A DNA stretch of 64,000 bases from Phyllosticta citribraziliensis (lineage: Eukaryota), in assembly GCF_038025025.1 (NCBI RefSeq), contig NW_027117341.1, forward strand, positions 930,001-994,000. Reading direction: 5' to 3'. Of this stretch, positions 26,125-38,604 are shown piece by piece. The notes beneath the pieces were generated by a model. It was not told the origin of the DNA, did no database searches, and saw only the letters and a program-made list of their open reading frames with translations. The stretch's first letter is position 1. Every line of letters starts with the position of its first letter. A program made the position numbers and the translations under genes.

Positions 26125-27265
26125 TCAAGGAAGCTTCTCGGCCCTCTCGATCGTAAACAGCACCGCGGCAGTCGTCGCCACCTCGACGGTCGTGCTTTTG
26201 ACGTGGTTGCTGGTGCTGACGTTGCCGTCGACGCTGGTCGGCCAGTCGGCCACGTCCCACTCGAGGCCCTTGGTCGAAATGACGGAGGGCCCAAAGGCGG
26301 GGAGGATGCCCACGTTCTCGGTGAAGTAGGGCTCCTCCTGCTCTGCATGTGGCTCGTTTGTCCGAACATCTTGAGCCGTTTCGGACGAAGATGGCGACGA
26401 CTGGACGTGCAGATGCAGCTCATTGCGGCCGGCGGGTAGGATGAATGAGACGCTGCTCTCGGAAAAGAGCCACAGGCGGGTGTCCGGGTACGCCAGCTGC
26501 GTGCGGAGCATCTCGTAGAGAAGGCCGAGGCCCTGGTCAACGCGGCCACCCAGGGTGCAAAGGATGAGGATTTCACGCGTGGGTTGCGGCGGTGGGGTAG
26601 AGGGGTCGGAGAACGAGGCAGGGGAAGGGGATTCGGATGGTTGCAATGAAGGAGCAGCAGAGGTCAGGCGGCCAGGGGTAGAAGAGGGGGCGGGCGACGG
26701 AGAGGGGGATGGGTAGGGGAGGGGGGCGGCGGGTACGGCGGCCATGATTTTCGTGATGGCCTTGCCGAAGTCGGTCGAATACTGGTCTCGGTCGCGTGAG
26801 ATGGGCACACCACGGGCAGCATAGTAGGCGCGGACAGAGGGCCTCAGGGAGTCAAGGTCGCCGTGGATTTCAGAGGGGAGCTGGGTTGCAAAGTATAAAG
26901 TCAGCAGACGTGGGCAGACAGGGTTGCGGAGGACAAGACAGGGGAGGGGGGCGCGCGAGCCATGGTCCTGGGTCAGGTCTGAAGCAGAGCACAAAGGAGC
27001 AACTCACAAACTGGTCGCGTCGCGTGTCATGGTCGCCAAAGGTGTCATACAGACGGTTGGCGCCGCCGTCGGCGCAGATGCGGTAGGCCGTGTGGGCCCA
27101 CAAGCGCTCTAGCACGTCGACGGAAGAGACGGGCTGATTCAGGATGAGCAAGGCCGGTTTCGTTTGCTGGTGCGGCGGCGGGAGAGGGTCGAGGGGGCGG
27201 AGGGTGGCAGCGGAGGGGGACGAGGGCGTGCGGGCCAGGAAGCGGGCGGGGCAGAAGGGGTTCAT
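26125..27265 (-). CDS. THI80: Thiamine pyrophosphokinase; exons 27265-27008, 26880-26125
   Basis: Motifs ALLILNQP, ICADGGANRLYD, IHGDLDSL, DQYSTDFGKA, LGGRVDQ, ISTKGLEWDV and GNVSTSNH. One intron, GTGAGT..CTGAC..CAG. Confidence 0.93.
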
Positions 27266-27686
27266 AGCGAATTGAAGTCGTGGGTGGTGATGTCGGTTGG
27301 CGGTCCAGGTCCAGAGTTGAGTGATTGAGTGAAGGGAAGAGAGGGTTGGTTGGACTATGGTGCCGTGACATGACGCGCGAAGGAAAGAAAAGCGTCGGAG
27401 CCCGTGACACGCAAATCCGGGGTCGGCCGCTAGCCGCTTTGGGCCGTGGGCAGATTACTCCCAGTACGTCACCGCCTACTCTGATACATGCCACGCTCCA
27501 ACAATCAATATAGACTTTGTCTTCCCCTGCCCACCTCATCTCACCCAACCCCCCCATCCTCCTCCTCCAACTCCACTACTACTACACCGTTGCACCACTA
27601 CCGCCAATGCCGAACTCCTGCTTCAACCCACTCTCCTCAGCCCTACACTAGATCTGTCTGCCGGCACCACCACCACTCTGCCCACC

Positions 27687-29093
27687 ATGTCTGCAAGCCT
27701 CCAAGTCCCAGGCCAGGCCGATTCCACTCGCTCTCCGACTCTGCTGCCTTCACCCTCCAGACGCTATCACCAACATGTCGTGTCCGCCTTTTCCTTCTCA
27801 TCCGAAGAGGACGACGATATGCCGCTCGACGACGAGCCTGACTCTGAGATGGATGCCACCTACCGCTATAGCATCACGGCAGCTTTGGCTGCTGCAACCC
27901 AAGACTCGCTGAACGACTCACCAAGTGTGCCCGGGGAAGACTTGCCCATTCGCCGAACGTCCCGCATCCACCTCTCCAACAGCAATCACGAGCCCTTCAG
28001 GCTTCAGAGCCCAAAGAAGCGTTGGCAAAGACACCGACCCAGCCATCCCTCGATCAACTCTCGGAGCTTCTTGCACCTCGAACAGGACAGCGAGTATGGG
28101 CTCCTTGCTCTTGTCCCAGCACCAGCTGTTCAACCGGAGCTCTCTGCTGACCAGCTTCTCAGGCTCAACTCCAACGGACCCCCCTCGGAACCTCTCTCGC
28201 CTCGCTCACAGCCGAAGTCTGACCCGCCGTCAGCAACCATTCCAGAGATACCCACCATCGCGCCTCGCTTCGCCTTTCCGGCTCCTCCGGGATTCCACAA
28301 GCCCATCTTCTCTCCTCTCACCGATAATCAGTGGGTCGACTCCCTGCAACCATCGCCCGGCCCCTATTCCGATGGAAGCCCCTGGAGCGGCGCCGTCTTC
28401 GACGACGACTATGAGTGCTCGCCTCGCAACAGCCGGTTCCCGGCTCACGGCAGGCCGTCGTCCTTGACCCTGGGTGGCACTCATCCGAATGCCATTTTTG
28501 CCGCTCTCGGAAACCACGAAACCGGTCCGGAACAGGCAATGGATGACGTCCCCGCCCCCCGACGTCCGGCGCTGGCCATGGCGGGCGTGGCGCGACCAGC
28601 AACCGTCTACCATACACCACCACAGAGCAACTCACAAAGCAACTCGCAGAGCAATTCTCATCAAAATTCGCCACGCAGCCAGACGCCCAGCCCAAGGTCT
28701 CATAGTGTGCATCAAGCCAGTGCCTCGCGGGCCGAGGTTGAAAACGCAAGCGACGCAGCGGACGAAGCGCACAGCCCAGCCTCGACAGCTTCGCCCACTG
28801 AAACCAAAGTCGATTCGGCCACGGACGCCAATGAAACTGATGGCGAGGACCGTGCCACGACACCTACTCCCGCCCGTCGGCGCCGGTGTGTCTCGATGCT
28901 GAGTCCTGCGCAACGGGCGCGAGTAGGCATCAGCATTCACAAGGGCGAGGGGCTGTTGGAGTGGGCGCGACCGTTGCTGGAGATGGACTTGAACGGCATG
29001 GACCGACGGTCGAGCGTAAGCAAGTTGGCCGGGCCTAGCATGAGGATGCCTGAGACGAGCAAGAGGGCGAAAAGAGCAAGCGCGTTCATATAG
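27687..29093 (+). CDS. Hypothetical Ser/Pro-rich, probably disordered protein (468 aa)
   Basis: Long uninterrupted ORF with CACCATG start after a pyrimidine-rich leader, divergent from THI80. No recognisable domain. Confidence 0.7.
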   Translation: MSASLQVPGQADSTRSPTLLPSPSRRYHQHVVSAFSFSSEEDDDMPLDDEPDSEMDATYRYSITAALAAATQDSLNDSPSVPGEDLPIRRTSRIHLSNSNHEPFRLQSPKKRWQRHRPSHPSINSRSFLHLEQDSEYGLLALVPAPAVQPELSADQLLRLNSNGPPSEPLSPRSQPKSDPPSATIPEIPTIAPRFAFPAPPGFHKPIFSPLTDNQWVDSLQPSPGPYSDGSPWSGAVFDDDYECSPRNSRFPAHGRPSSLTLGGTHPNAIFAALGNHETGPEQAMDDVPAPRRPALAMAGVARPATVYHTPPQSNSQSNSQSNSHQNSPRSQTPSPRSHSVHQASASRAEVENASDAADEAHSPASTASPTETKVDSATDANETDGEDRATTPTPARRRRCVSMLSPAQRARVGISIHKGEGLLEWARPLLEMDLNGMDRRSSVSKLAGPSMRMPETSKRAKRASAFI

Positions 29094-30138
29094 CGACGGT
29101 GTGCGCGACACCAACATGTCCCCGGTATTTCCAGGTCCACCAGCCGCGAAATCCTTCCTAGTCGAAGGCTACAATGCGGAAGCAGTCTAGAAGGCGGCTT
29201 GGGCGTTTTTCCGCACGGCAAAATGGAGTGCCCAGGTGGTTTCCGGAACAGAGCCAAGCAGTCGACACGTTTCTTTCTCGTCTCGTGGAGCTAGACCGTT
29301 TGATGGTTGGAACAGGACTGGATGTCTTGAAGTCGGTCTCGGATTTCCTTGATAATTACATCTGGCAATTGTTGAGTTTTGCAAGCAGAATTCTTGGTAA
29401 ATAATCCAACGAGGACGAGTCGAGCCGAGTCAAGCCATGTAAAGATTGTTAGCTGTACCGTACGATACCACCATGCATCAATCAAGGGTGCTTGGGAGCC
29501 CTGGAGGCTTGCCGAGTCAAATCTGACGGACACGGGGTTGCGAGGCCAGGCTTGAGCTTCGAAGGTTCTATTGGCGTTCGACGTGAATAATGTGAGGGTT
29601 TGAATGCGAGGGCGGGACGATGGAAGTGTCGGGAGTGATGGATGATGGGAATTGGACATGGCAGTTGGATGGACGAGGCGAGGCCGGGGGCCAGGGCCAG
29701 GGCCAGGGGCAGGGCCAGGCCTCCCTGTGTCTGTGTCGGGCGGAAGCAGGTCCGCCGCGCGTAGACTCAGGTCCGACCTTCGACTTCGACTTCGACCCTG
29801 CTGCTCACTGGCCTACCTCGCTCGTCTGGCTCTCAATTCAATTCCCAACTGAGCTGAATTCGCATGTCCATTCTGCTCGCTCTGGACCGCGCCATGTGAA
29901 GCTGCTCCCACGGTCTAGGTGTTGTGCACCTCGCAGGCTCCCCAACGCAACCAACCACCACTCGTCGCTCAACTTTCGCTCATCTTCCCGCCGCGCGCCG
30001 GCAACCTACCTAGGTACATGTACCTTGCCTACCTTCGTGCTTATCGACCTTCGACGCTTCCAGCCGCCCTGACTTTTCCATCCACCGTCACCTCGCTTCG
30101 CCCCCATCTCCTCCGCCCGCTGCTCCTGCTCGGGCACC

Positions 30139-31152
30139 ATGTCCATGATAGAAGAGGTTGCCCTCTCTGACACCAGTTCCACTTTTCGCCGCGCCGGGTC
30201 CAACGAATACGCCTTTCGCGTACCTACGCCTCCGCGCATCATCATACCGCCCCCGGCCCACAACCTCGTCGAAGCCCTCGAAAGCCACCGCGTAACAAAG
30301 GTCGAAGCCATCGACGACACCGGCCCCGACGTCAGCTTCCTCGCTTCCATCAACGATGGCGAACTGCCGACGCAGGGCGCTGGCCTCGATTGGACCTATG
30401 AAAAGCGCCGCGACGCCCAGATGGTCATGCCCTACATATATCTAGGTACGTGAGCATACTTCAAACGCCTGTCTTGAGGTGCTAACCGCTTTTTGTCCTC
30501 AGGTCCTCACAATGCCGCCAAGAACCGCGACTTTTTGTCTCAGGAAAAGATTACCATGCTCCTCGCCGTAAAGCACGCCGGCACCCCCGTCAATGCCGCT
30601 GCGCGCGTCGCCAACGAAATGGGAATCGTCTTCCAAACCGTCCAGGTCCGTGGCTCTCAGGACTTGATCGCCTCGTTTCCACAAATCACCCGCATCATCA
30701 ATACCCACCTCGCCCAGGTCCAAGAACGCGTGCGCAACGGAGAGCTGCCTTTGCAGCATGGCACGGTCCTTGTCTTCTGCGAGTCCGGCAACGAGAAGTC
30801 GGCGGCCGCCGTGGTCGCTTGGATGATGGAAATGTTTGACCTAGACTTTCTGCGGGCAATGCAATTCGTGCAGTGTCAGCGCTTCTGCGTAAACTTTGAC
30901 GACAGCCTCAAGATTGTATTACAAACGTACGGAGACATCTTGGACGCGCGGCGGCAGGTCGCGGCGGCAAAGCAAGGGACGGCGCTGGTCGCAAATCCGG
31001 TCGGTGGATCTACTCATGGGGCATACCATCAAGTTGGCTCCAAGCGGACCATCGAAGACGAAGACGACGATATGGAAATGGTGTATGCGCCATCGGACGA
31101 CGTGTTGCGTTTTCAAGGCCGGGACTACGTGCCCTTTGAGAGCGTCGACTGA
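30139..31152 (+). CDS. STYX-like dual-specificity phosphatase-fold protein, probable pseudophosphatase; exons 30139-30445, 30503-31152
   Basis: DWTYEKRRDAQMVMPYIYLG|PHNAA resembles the STYX N-terminal block. The P-loop reads VLVFCESGNEKSAA, followed by AMQFVQCQRFCVNF. Intron GTACGT..GCTAAC..CAG. Confidence 0.85.
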
Positions 31153-32112
31153 GCACGACATGACCAACTGGGATCGAGCGAGCACCGTAGGCCTGGAACC
31201 GAGCGTTACGCATGGGAATTCCCAAATGTTCAGTGTCTACTTGAACATACCCGAAGGGCGCCTGGTGGCTGTTCTTGTGCGCCGTCCAGGCGCGAAGACG
31301 CCGCAGGGGCCACTACATCAGACCGAGGACCATTACCTTGGAGGCATGGTCACTGTGGATGATGGATATGACACCGAATCGACATGCCACGCAATACCCA
31401 GAGGCGTTTTTGGGGCTTTGGGGGAATAGGCGTAGTATAGTCTCACCTTTTTTTTTAGCAGGCACAATCATCCAACTGCTACTTCCTCTTTGGGTTCGTG
31501 AACCGTTCTTTGCTTCTTTCCTTTTTCGGCTGTCTGTGTCTCCTTCTGCGATACAACGTCTACATTACTCAAATTCCTCTACATTCGCACGGTTCCTGAT
31601 CTTTGTTTGGCCAAGGGAGCCGCATATCCTTGATTTTCGGTCATACTTCCTCGGAGCAGCCATTACGAAGGGCATCAGCTACTTGCGCGAACGGAAAAGA
31701 GCAGGGAGGCCACCATCTTCTAGGATCACTGAATTGGTGTTAAATTGAGTTGCCTGGAATCGCCATCCGACTGGTAGCTGTCATGTCCACTTCCAAGCGA
31801 GATACAAAGGCTGATTTTCAGTCACTTCACCCGTGTCCGTGAAGACACCCGAGACTTTGGTCGAGTCGACATTAGAAACGAAGACGCTCCGACGCCAACA
31901 ATTCACCACCCAGTTACGTCGCCTGTCTCCTCTTCTTCAGCCTTCACCTCGACCTACCCAGCTCGCTGCAACTTGCGTCAGCCATCATTTGCAGTCTCTC
32001 GCTGTGGTCCTGCGATATCCACTACACACACCTTTCAACCTCGCGGATATCTCCATCATCACAACACCTTCGGCCCGTCAAGAGTGCAACATTCACAACA
32101 AATACATCGGTT

Positions 32113-35100
32113 ATGCATTTGCGCGCCCCAGCCTCCCGGCGCAGACCAAAGCGCCTCCTCGATGAGCTTGAAGAGTCTGATGGATTCATGCCAAGCGCCT
32201 ATGCCACAGATGCCTCCACGAGATCCACTCGCTCAGCGCATCCCGTCAGGACAATCGATCCACGACTTCGTCCTGCTTTTCCGCCGCCTTCCAAGCCCTT
32301 CAATCCGAATCTTCCGCCTGCCCCGTTTCCCAGTCTCCCAGTCGACAAACCAGGTCCATTTCCAGATGCGACGTCACAAGATCAGCAACCGCAACAGCAA
32401 ACTGACACTACCGGAGCGGACGCGGGACGGCATGATGGCGCCGCATCTTCAAAAATACTCGTCGCAGTCCTTCGGTATAGAGCCCCGATAGAGGAAGACA
32501 CAATGGATCCTGAGGAAATGACCCTGGTCCAATTGGTTAGAAGGGAGTACAACATGCGGGTTAGCGAGCGCCGATTGTACCCAGCTGGCGGTAAATCGCC
32601 TGCGTTTCGGAGCCTATCTGGCTTGGCTCCGCACAGTGCTTGTTCACAGCTTAAGGATATAACAGAGGACAATCCTAGGGTAAGTGGATTTTGGAGCCTC
32701 TCCGTGCATCACTATCTTGCTAACTTAAGCCTCTGTGCAATGTATCAGGCTTTCAAGGAGCTCCACCCGCTGATGCGCGCAACCATCATCGTAAACATCC
32801 TATCCGAGTCTTTGAGGGTGGAACCTGAAGTAGACATCTTATGGCCAATCCTTCTTCTGCTTCAGACTCAGCGTTCGACCTTGTATGGCGACCTGAACTA
32901 CGTCGTCGACCTGGTTCTGGAAGACAAGTATCCGTACATACTTAACGACCTACAAGCAGAGATGAGTTATGCAAAGAACTTCCTCGAGCAGCACAGGCTC
33001 CCGACTCGCTTCCTGTACGCCTTCAAACTTGAGGACATCAAGGCAGTGCTTGAAATTCCCGATGCCACTTTCGCGGTTCCAATACCAAGCCCAAACCCAA
33101 GTATTGACATCAAGGACTTCGTCCCTAACTTTGAGCCACCGATAGTGCCTGATACCACACTCGATCTATCTGATGAGGTCAGTCAAGATTTGTTGTTCAG
33201 TGGACCAAATCTTCAGATTGCCACAGAGGCTGCCATGAAGCGCTCAGACCCCGGAACTCCAAGGGCTGCAGAGCACACCGTTGCCCGTGGTACTTCGTCG
33301 CCACTGGGCCAATCGCTTTCTCCTTCGAAAACACGTCAGCCCAAGGAAGACTCCGTCATTCCACGCAGCAGTGAAGCTCCCGAAGCCGCCAACGCTGAGG
33401 AGACTTTTGCCACCAGTGCGTTGCCTTTCCGTTCAATCGAATCTAAAGTCAACATGGTAACGACCACTGCCGCCAATATGACACTATCCGATTCAATCGA
33501 ACCCGAATTCAACATTGAGGCTGCTGATGCGGCCACTGCGATGGACATCGATGCCGTGAGAAGGATATTCAGAAGCCAAATTGAGCCAGAGGTCGACCAG
33601 GAGGCGTCAATCACTGATCCAGTCCGCGATGAAGTCGACAAGGAAGCTATAATGCCAAACGAAAAAGATGAGGACTGGTTCGAAGAGCTGCCTTCCCCCA
33701 TTCTTCGAGGAATGGACCTTTCAATGCAACCCGGCCTCGCGCCCAAGTCCTCTTTTGATACGAGCTTTGCGGATGCGGTGCGCAATGATGAAAGGTTTGA
33801 GGACCTCTTTCCCGATCTGGACGGCCCGCCGTCTTTAAAAACCTCAGGCCTTCAACAAGCTTCTGATGCCGAACCCTCGACGCAGAATGGCGTGGCTAGA
33901 CCGTCTGAAAAGATTACTGCTGCCGTTGACTTCACAGACATATTTTCTGAAGTTGCGGATCAACAGACGATGCTCAAGTACAATCTGGTTTTGAACCATC
34001 TTTTGGGCCTGGGCGAAGAGGTGAGTGCGATACAGGAAAGAGAAACAAGACTGTCCATACTGACCGTTGACGCAGATCCGAGAAGCGACTTTGAGGGAGT
34101 CGCAAGGCATTCCGATGAGAGGCGGCGAAGACATGAACATTGCCATCGAACTATGCGACCGCATGGACATTGTTGGGGAGGAAACGCCCCAGGACTCGTC
34201 CGGTCTTTCTTTCCGTTTCGCGGAGCTACTCCCAGCGGTCAACAACACCACACCTGTGGGTAGTTCTCGATTCCTAACCGGTTATTTCCCACGCTCACTC
34301 CGTTCCCTGCCTCCGCGCTTCGCCCTTCCGCGGCGCCCGTCAAGTGGAGACTGGTACGGAGTCGACCCATCCGCATTGCAACGCGGACTCAACTCTTCAC
34401 CTGCTACGATCGCAGCTTCCGATCCGGACCCCTCACCCGGTTTACTACTTCCGTTCACACGTCCATCGCAGCCGTTTGAATCACGGACTTCATCGCGCAA
34501 AGGCATGCCCTTGGCGAGAATGACCATGAACGGCAACAGCACACCTCGGCGAGTCCGTCACCAGGAACCTCCTTCTTCGGGTGCCACCATTCCAATGGCC
34601 GACTCGAACCCTTCTCCTGGTATTCTTTTGCTGCACAACCAACAAACACCCCACCGTCGCCAACAAGCCCGCCGGCGTCAGAAGCCTACAGCCTCGCCAC
34701 TGAAGCACGTCACAACTTCTCACCAACCATCAAAAATGTGCTCGTCTTCTTCTTCGTCTTCGTCCTCCGAATCATCATCAACCCCCGAGCCTCCCGTGCC
34801 CAAGTCCGAATTTTTGAGCGAGCACAACTCGGCGCCACCACTGGCAGCTTTTCGTTTCCGCCCAGACTCATCCAACAAGCCTCTGTCCGAAACGACTCTT
34901 GTCGTCTCCAACAGTGGACGCGATACTGGCTTGGCTAGCGTTCGCACCACGAAACCCAGTCAGGCCCAAAAGAGCAAAAAGAACAGCAAAGACTTGCGTC
35001 TAAGCTCTGCATCTCTGGACAGCGCAGGAACGGTGCTGCCAATTTCAGCGCCTGGTTACGGCAACATACGCTTGCCTGACCGCAACGCAATCGAGAGCGG

Positions 35101-36118
35101 GCCGAGGACTGCGCCGCTGCCTTCGACACTTTTTGTTGAGGCTTGGGCTGCGGAACAGAGGGCCAAAGCCATTGCCAATCGCTCGTCTGTCGCCCCAGTG
35201 GTCTCAAACGGCAACAGTGGCTTTCATCCCATGCACCCCATGATGCTACCTCCACTCCGCGCTGGCCCAGCCTCTGCACCACCGACGCCTAGAAAGAAGA
35301 GCATTCTCACGAAGGAGAGCCTCGAGGAGAGCAATAACGGCGGAAAGTGTGTCGAGCAAATCTCTAGGAGGAGGCGCGGGGGCGGCAAGAACATGGACTT
35401 GGTGCGAAGGTTGTCCGCTGGGAGCCTGGAGAGGGAGCCAATGCTGAGTGGCGTTGATCTGCCACGCTCACGGGCACCAGACTCATCGTCTACTCATGAG
35501 TCCCGTGGAGAAAGTGGTGCTCCGGCTCCCGAAGTTGCGAGTGGTGTTGGTAACAGTGCCTCGAACCCTCAACGCGCTGGGGCTGCGACTCCGGGAAACA
35601 GTGCATTTGGAGACGAGGACTACGGCGAGCAGACTGCAGACGATGGCAAGTCTCCATTCGACAGCCTAGGCCCAGTTAGCAGCGGCGGCAGTAGTGGAGA
35701 TGAGGAGTTTATCCGCCAGCAACTAATCGACAAGGAAGCCGAGCAGCGGCGGCAGGCTGTCCCTGATTACGCTCCTTTCCCTCCTTACCCACCCTGGCAC
35801 AACGCCACCCGCGAGAGCGCTTCCGTCCACACTACTCCTGCGCCCAAAAGACACCGCTCCAGCTTTTCCCTCAATGCGGCGGGCGAGATTCAATTCGATT
35901 CGCCTTCTGTACGCAGCGCGCTCAGCCCATTTCGTCCGCCACGGCCGCCGGGCGAGGAGACGACGCCGGGAATCACGGCGCCGCCGATCAGGCTCGGGAG
36001 GAAGAGGTCGTTAAGTCAATACTTGGAGGGTTCGGAGAGTCTTGGTGATGGTGGAGCAGGTGGAAGTGGGACTGAAGACGTGACCCGTTGGGCTGTGAAG
36101 CGGGAGGAAGTGGAGTAG
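32113..36118 (+). CDS. Large hypothetical low-complexity protein; introns at ~32680-32748 and ~34021-34075
   Basis: The 716-aa and 683-aa ORFs are joined by the intron GTGAGT..ACTGAC..CAG at ~34021-34075. The N-terminal MHLR..RPKR and PFNPNLPPAPFPSL block resembles a motif I recall from uncharacterised filamentous-fungal proteins. Confidence 0.7.
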
Positions 36119-36541
36119 TTGCGTCAGATGAGTTGAGTCATCATTATTTGGTCGTTGGGGGTCTATCAGGAGGTTTTGGAAAGTGGAGGCTGAGGAGCGA
36201 AACTACGGGTGGGCTTCTAGGACAAAGCGATAGACGTTGGAATTTTGGGGCGCGGATCGATGAGCAGTGAGTACTAGAAAATGCCAGAAGCGACCCTCTT
36301 TCTGGAAATGCCTGCTAGCGACGGGGATCGAGCACATGTGGCACTTTGCTCCAGGCAGGGTGATGTGCCATGCAAATGAGACGCAGGCAAAGGAAAGTTT
36401 TTGTTCATTGGTCTTGTTCATACTGTTGAAAACGAAATTCCCTCCAGAGCGATTGATCTGTTCCGTAAATCATGCCAGCCGTTGAATGCCAGATACCTCA
36501 TGCCTACATGTATAACACCACACTTCGCCATCGTAACATCT

Positions 36542-37844
36542 TTAGAAAAAGTCAAACTTCAAGCTCTCCGCTCTCTGTTCTCCGCCCTTGTTGCCGTTGG
36601 CCTTGCCGCCATTCCCGCCCTTCACACTGCCCGCCACGCTGCCTGCTCCTTTCTTCGACTGCGCCGTGTACATCTTCATAAAATCGACGCCTCCATTCTC
36701 GCTCTTGGGAGGACCGCCTCTGTCTGCAAGGAAGTCGTAGCCCCCTTTCGCGGCACCGACCCCCTTGTTGACTGCCCCCGTGCCGGCCTTTGCTGCGCCC
36801 CCAACGGCACCAGCGCCCTGCTTCGCGCCAGCCCCGACACCGTTGGTCAGGTTTGTCGTCGCCTTCGTCGGCCTCGACGCAGACGAGATCTTGACTTTGC
36901 CGTCGGGCGTCCGCGCGCTGAACGGCACGGGCGACTTGTTGTTGTTGGCATTGTACATGGGCTTCGGTGCCGTCGGTTGCGCGTTCTCCTTGTTCGCCTC
37001 GCCGCCGGCACCCTTTGTTGCAGCTTTGCCGTCGCCTGCTACGCTCTTCGCTGCGTTGGATGTGGGCTTGATGTTGCCCTTGCCGGCAGCGTCGCCGCCT
37101 GCTGCTGCCTTGCGAGGTGTTCGGTTGACTGTGGGTTTGCCGAGCGCACCCCCATTAGCGGGCGCGGGCAGAGCCGCTATCGGGCTCGCATTCTTCTTCT
37201 TCTCCTTTTCTTCGTTGAGTTTGATGCCTCGCAGCTTTGCCAGCTGCCCTTTGCTTAGGCCTTGCGCAGCGTTGGTGGCGGTGCGTGGCGCCGGGAGCGC
37301 TTTCTTGACACCGCTGGACGGAAGACCCTTCTTGGGCGCCGGAGCCTCGATGGCCTTTGTGTCCGTATTGCTCCTCTTCTGCTGCGGGCGAGCTCGTTTA
37401 TTGGCGCCTTTTGTCGGACCAGGCGCTGGCAGTGCCTTGACGTTGGGCTTGTTCGGCGCAGGCAACGCTTTGAGCGCCTTCGTGGGGAATTCTTTGGTCG
37501 GGAAAGGTTTCGTTTGGAACACTGGCCGACTGCCCTTGGGAGCATCCGACGCGGCTGTGGCGGTTGTGACGCCGTTGCCGTAAGACCGGATCCAGTTGCC
37601 GTAGCGGTCGATGTAGCCTTCGATACCTATGGTACCATGTTTTAGCACACCGTTAGAGTTGGACGGGGCTACCCAGAGATGGCATACCATCACCAACTGA
37701 TCGGCCGCTCGCCTCAATCAAATCTCCTGCGCTGATGACCACGTCTCCAACGACTCGGCCGCCGGTCGTGACGGCGTACATTGCAACTCCTTGGGCGACA
37801 TCTTGGATTTTGTTTTGTATCATGCCCTGAATGAAGCCAGCCAT
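36542..37844 (-). CDS. Hypothetical Lys/Ala/Gly/Pro-rich protein; exons 37844-37688, 37626-36542
   Basis: MAGFIQGMIQNKIQDVAQGVAMYAV..SVGDG is joined by a GTATGC..TAG intron to IEGYIDRYGNWIRSYGNG. Codon usage looks coding, and the ORF has repeated ALPAP motifs. Confidence 0.8.
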
Positions 37845-38604
37845 CTTGAAGAGGAAGTCTTATAGTGAGGTTGGTCTTTCAGGGGAATCGTAGAGAATAT
37901 ATCAGGCGAAGGCCTTTCCAAGCCGCTGATACTCAAACAGGAAGTTCTTTTGGTCGTGTGACTTGAAATTACTGAAAAGGTCCCGATTTGCACTAACTTG
38001 TTCTCGCGCTCAGAGAGTTCTTGACGTTCAACAGTTGCCTGACACGAATCGCGAAGAAGATGGGCGTGTGTATCTATGCGAAAAGCAAGGGGGGCAAAAG
38101 TACGCTCGAGGAGGGGAGATTGAGACAAAGTAGCACAAGTTGCGTCAAGGCCCCTCAATACGTATCAGCCGACGCCTGTCAGTTCGGGGGGCACGCGCCA
38201 GTAGAAAAGAGTCGAGAAGAAAAAAGTGGGCAACGCAGGCGCCACTTCCAAGTAATCGGACGTGTGACGGCAGACCGATCCGGGTTCATTGATGTCAGAC
38301 TTGACCATTGTGGCTGGTGCTGCCGACAGGGATCGGAGGCAATCATCCCCACCCATCAGCGATCTCTCGAGCTTGGAGCGGACACCGTTCACGACCGCTT
38401 GATCCTGCAGCGACTAGACGCCTATAGGTCACTTTAGTCTCTCAGCTCTCGCACGCCGGTGAAGAACTGCCTGCAATGTGTGGTCCAAAATGGCATGGGT
38501 CAAGACATTCTGACCTCATTGACTGTAGTATCCAAAAGACAAAGTTTACTGGTTATATGATGATCGTGGCGCATGTTTTTGAAGTCGTCCCTCTTCCTCT
38601 GTGC

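Noticed and set aside
26881..27007. TPP riboswitch in the THI80 intron (ACCTGACCCAGG faintly resembles the aptamer core)
   Set aside because: It lacks the conserved UGAGA element and supporting stems. Known fungal TPP riboswitches are in THI4, NMT1 and a transporter gene.
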